This document shows positions 63,414-64,000 of a stretch of DNA of 64,000 nt, in pieces; the first letter of the stretch is position 1, and the number at the start of each line of letters is the position of its first letter. Source of the DNA: Marsupella aquatica (lineage: Eukaryota > Plantae > Marchantiophyta); assembly GCA_973895155.1 (NCBI GenBank), contig OZ316897.1, forward strand, positions 18,200,457-18,264,456, read 5' to 3'. The notes below the pieces were generated by a model. That model saw only the letters and a list, made by a program, of their open reading frames with translations. It did not search any database and had not been told where the DNA came from. Both the position numbers and the translations under genes were made by a program.

Positions 63414-64000
63414 CTAAAACGATATGATCCAGCCGAAAGCATACTCCTCCCTCTCGCCGAACAGCTTCCCATTCTTCGCTTCAATCTCCTCCGTGGGCAT
63501 CAGAGCCAGCCACACGCCCGTATCAGCTCCTTCCGCAGCTGTCTTCATCGGCACCGGAGGCGGCTTAAACCCCCCTTTCAGCGCTGAGGCCATTCCGTGT
63601 TCACCAATCCGGGGCAAAATCCCACCACGTAAATTCGCTGCCCCACAGGCTGAGATTTGGCAAATTTCTTCGCCAAGGTGATTGTGTATCCGTTCATGAA
63701 CATCTTCGACTCGCTGTAGATCGGCTCCTTCAGCTTGGGACACTCGTTTGGGCCCACGATCCACCCTTCCTCCTCCATTTGTCCCGCTTTGCTGTCCTCG
63801 AGGTACTTCGCAGCCAACGAGTCCATCAACTCCACGGAATAGCTCTCCTCGTCCCGGAATTGCTTCTTCAAGCTCTCTCCCAGCCGCTCGTAGAGCGCTG
63901 CTCTAGAGGAACGTTGACAATGCGTGCTCCGGCCGGGGATGGTTTCAGCAAAGGGAGTAGAGCTTCGGTGACGATCTTGACGCCGTAGTAATTGGTGCCT
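63414..64000 (-). CDS. 3' part of a short-chain dehydrogenase/reductase (carbonyl reductase / neomenthol dehydrogenase-like) with two apparent 1-nt frameshifts
   Basis: TNYYGVKIVTEALLPLL..ARIVNV, catalytic YSESK, CPGLVNT and AEGADTGVWLAL; frame changes near 63910 and 63593. Confidence 0.8.

Overview
Eukaryotic, intron-containing land-plant DNA, probably a bryophyte/liverwort (inferred from gene content, not proven). The window is dominated by a cluster of four paralogous TORNADO1-like ROCO genes (RI-type LRRs - Roc GTPase - COR - C-terminal domain): copy A on the minus strand (13631-7903, two lesions), LRR-only copy B (26694-27698), copy C (29154-33988, one internal TAG, different C-terminus) and apparently intact copy D (48015-53830). 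Copies A and D lie in the arms of a ~10.6-kb inverted duplication that also carries a decayed SbcD-SbcC fusion gene. B/C and D lie in an older direct duplication that carries a solanesyl-diphosphate synthase pseudogene. The main signal is that the LRR frameworks are almost identical while the exposed xxLxLxx codons are hypervariable and shared in a mosaic pattern, and the post-COR module differs between copies. This is the signature of a rapidly diversifying, NLR-independent receptor family; the immune function is an inference. Also present: a decayed Crypton-like tyrosine recombinase, a Helitron end, a MITE, a truncated LINE, a possible solo LTR, an LRR-RLK relic and the 3' part of an SDR carbonyl reductase.
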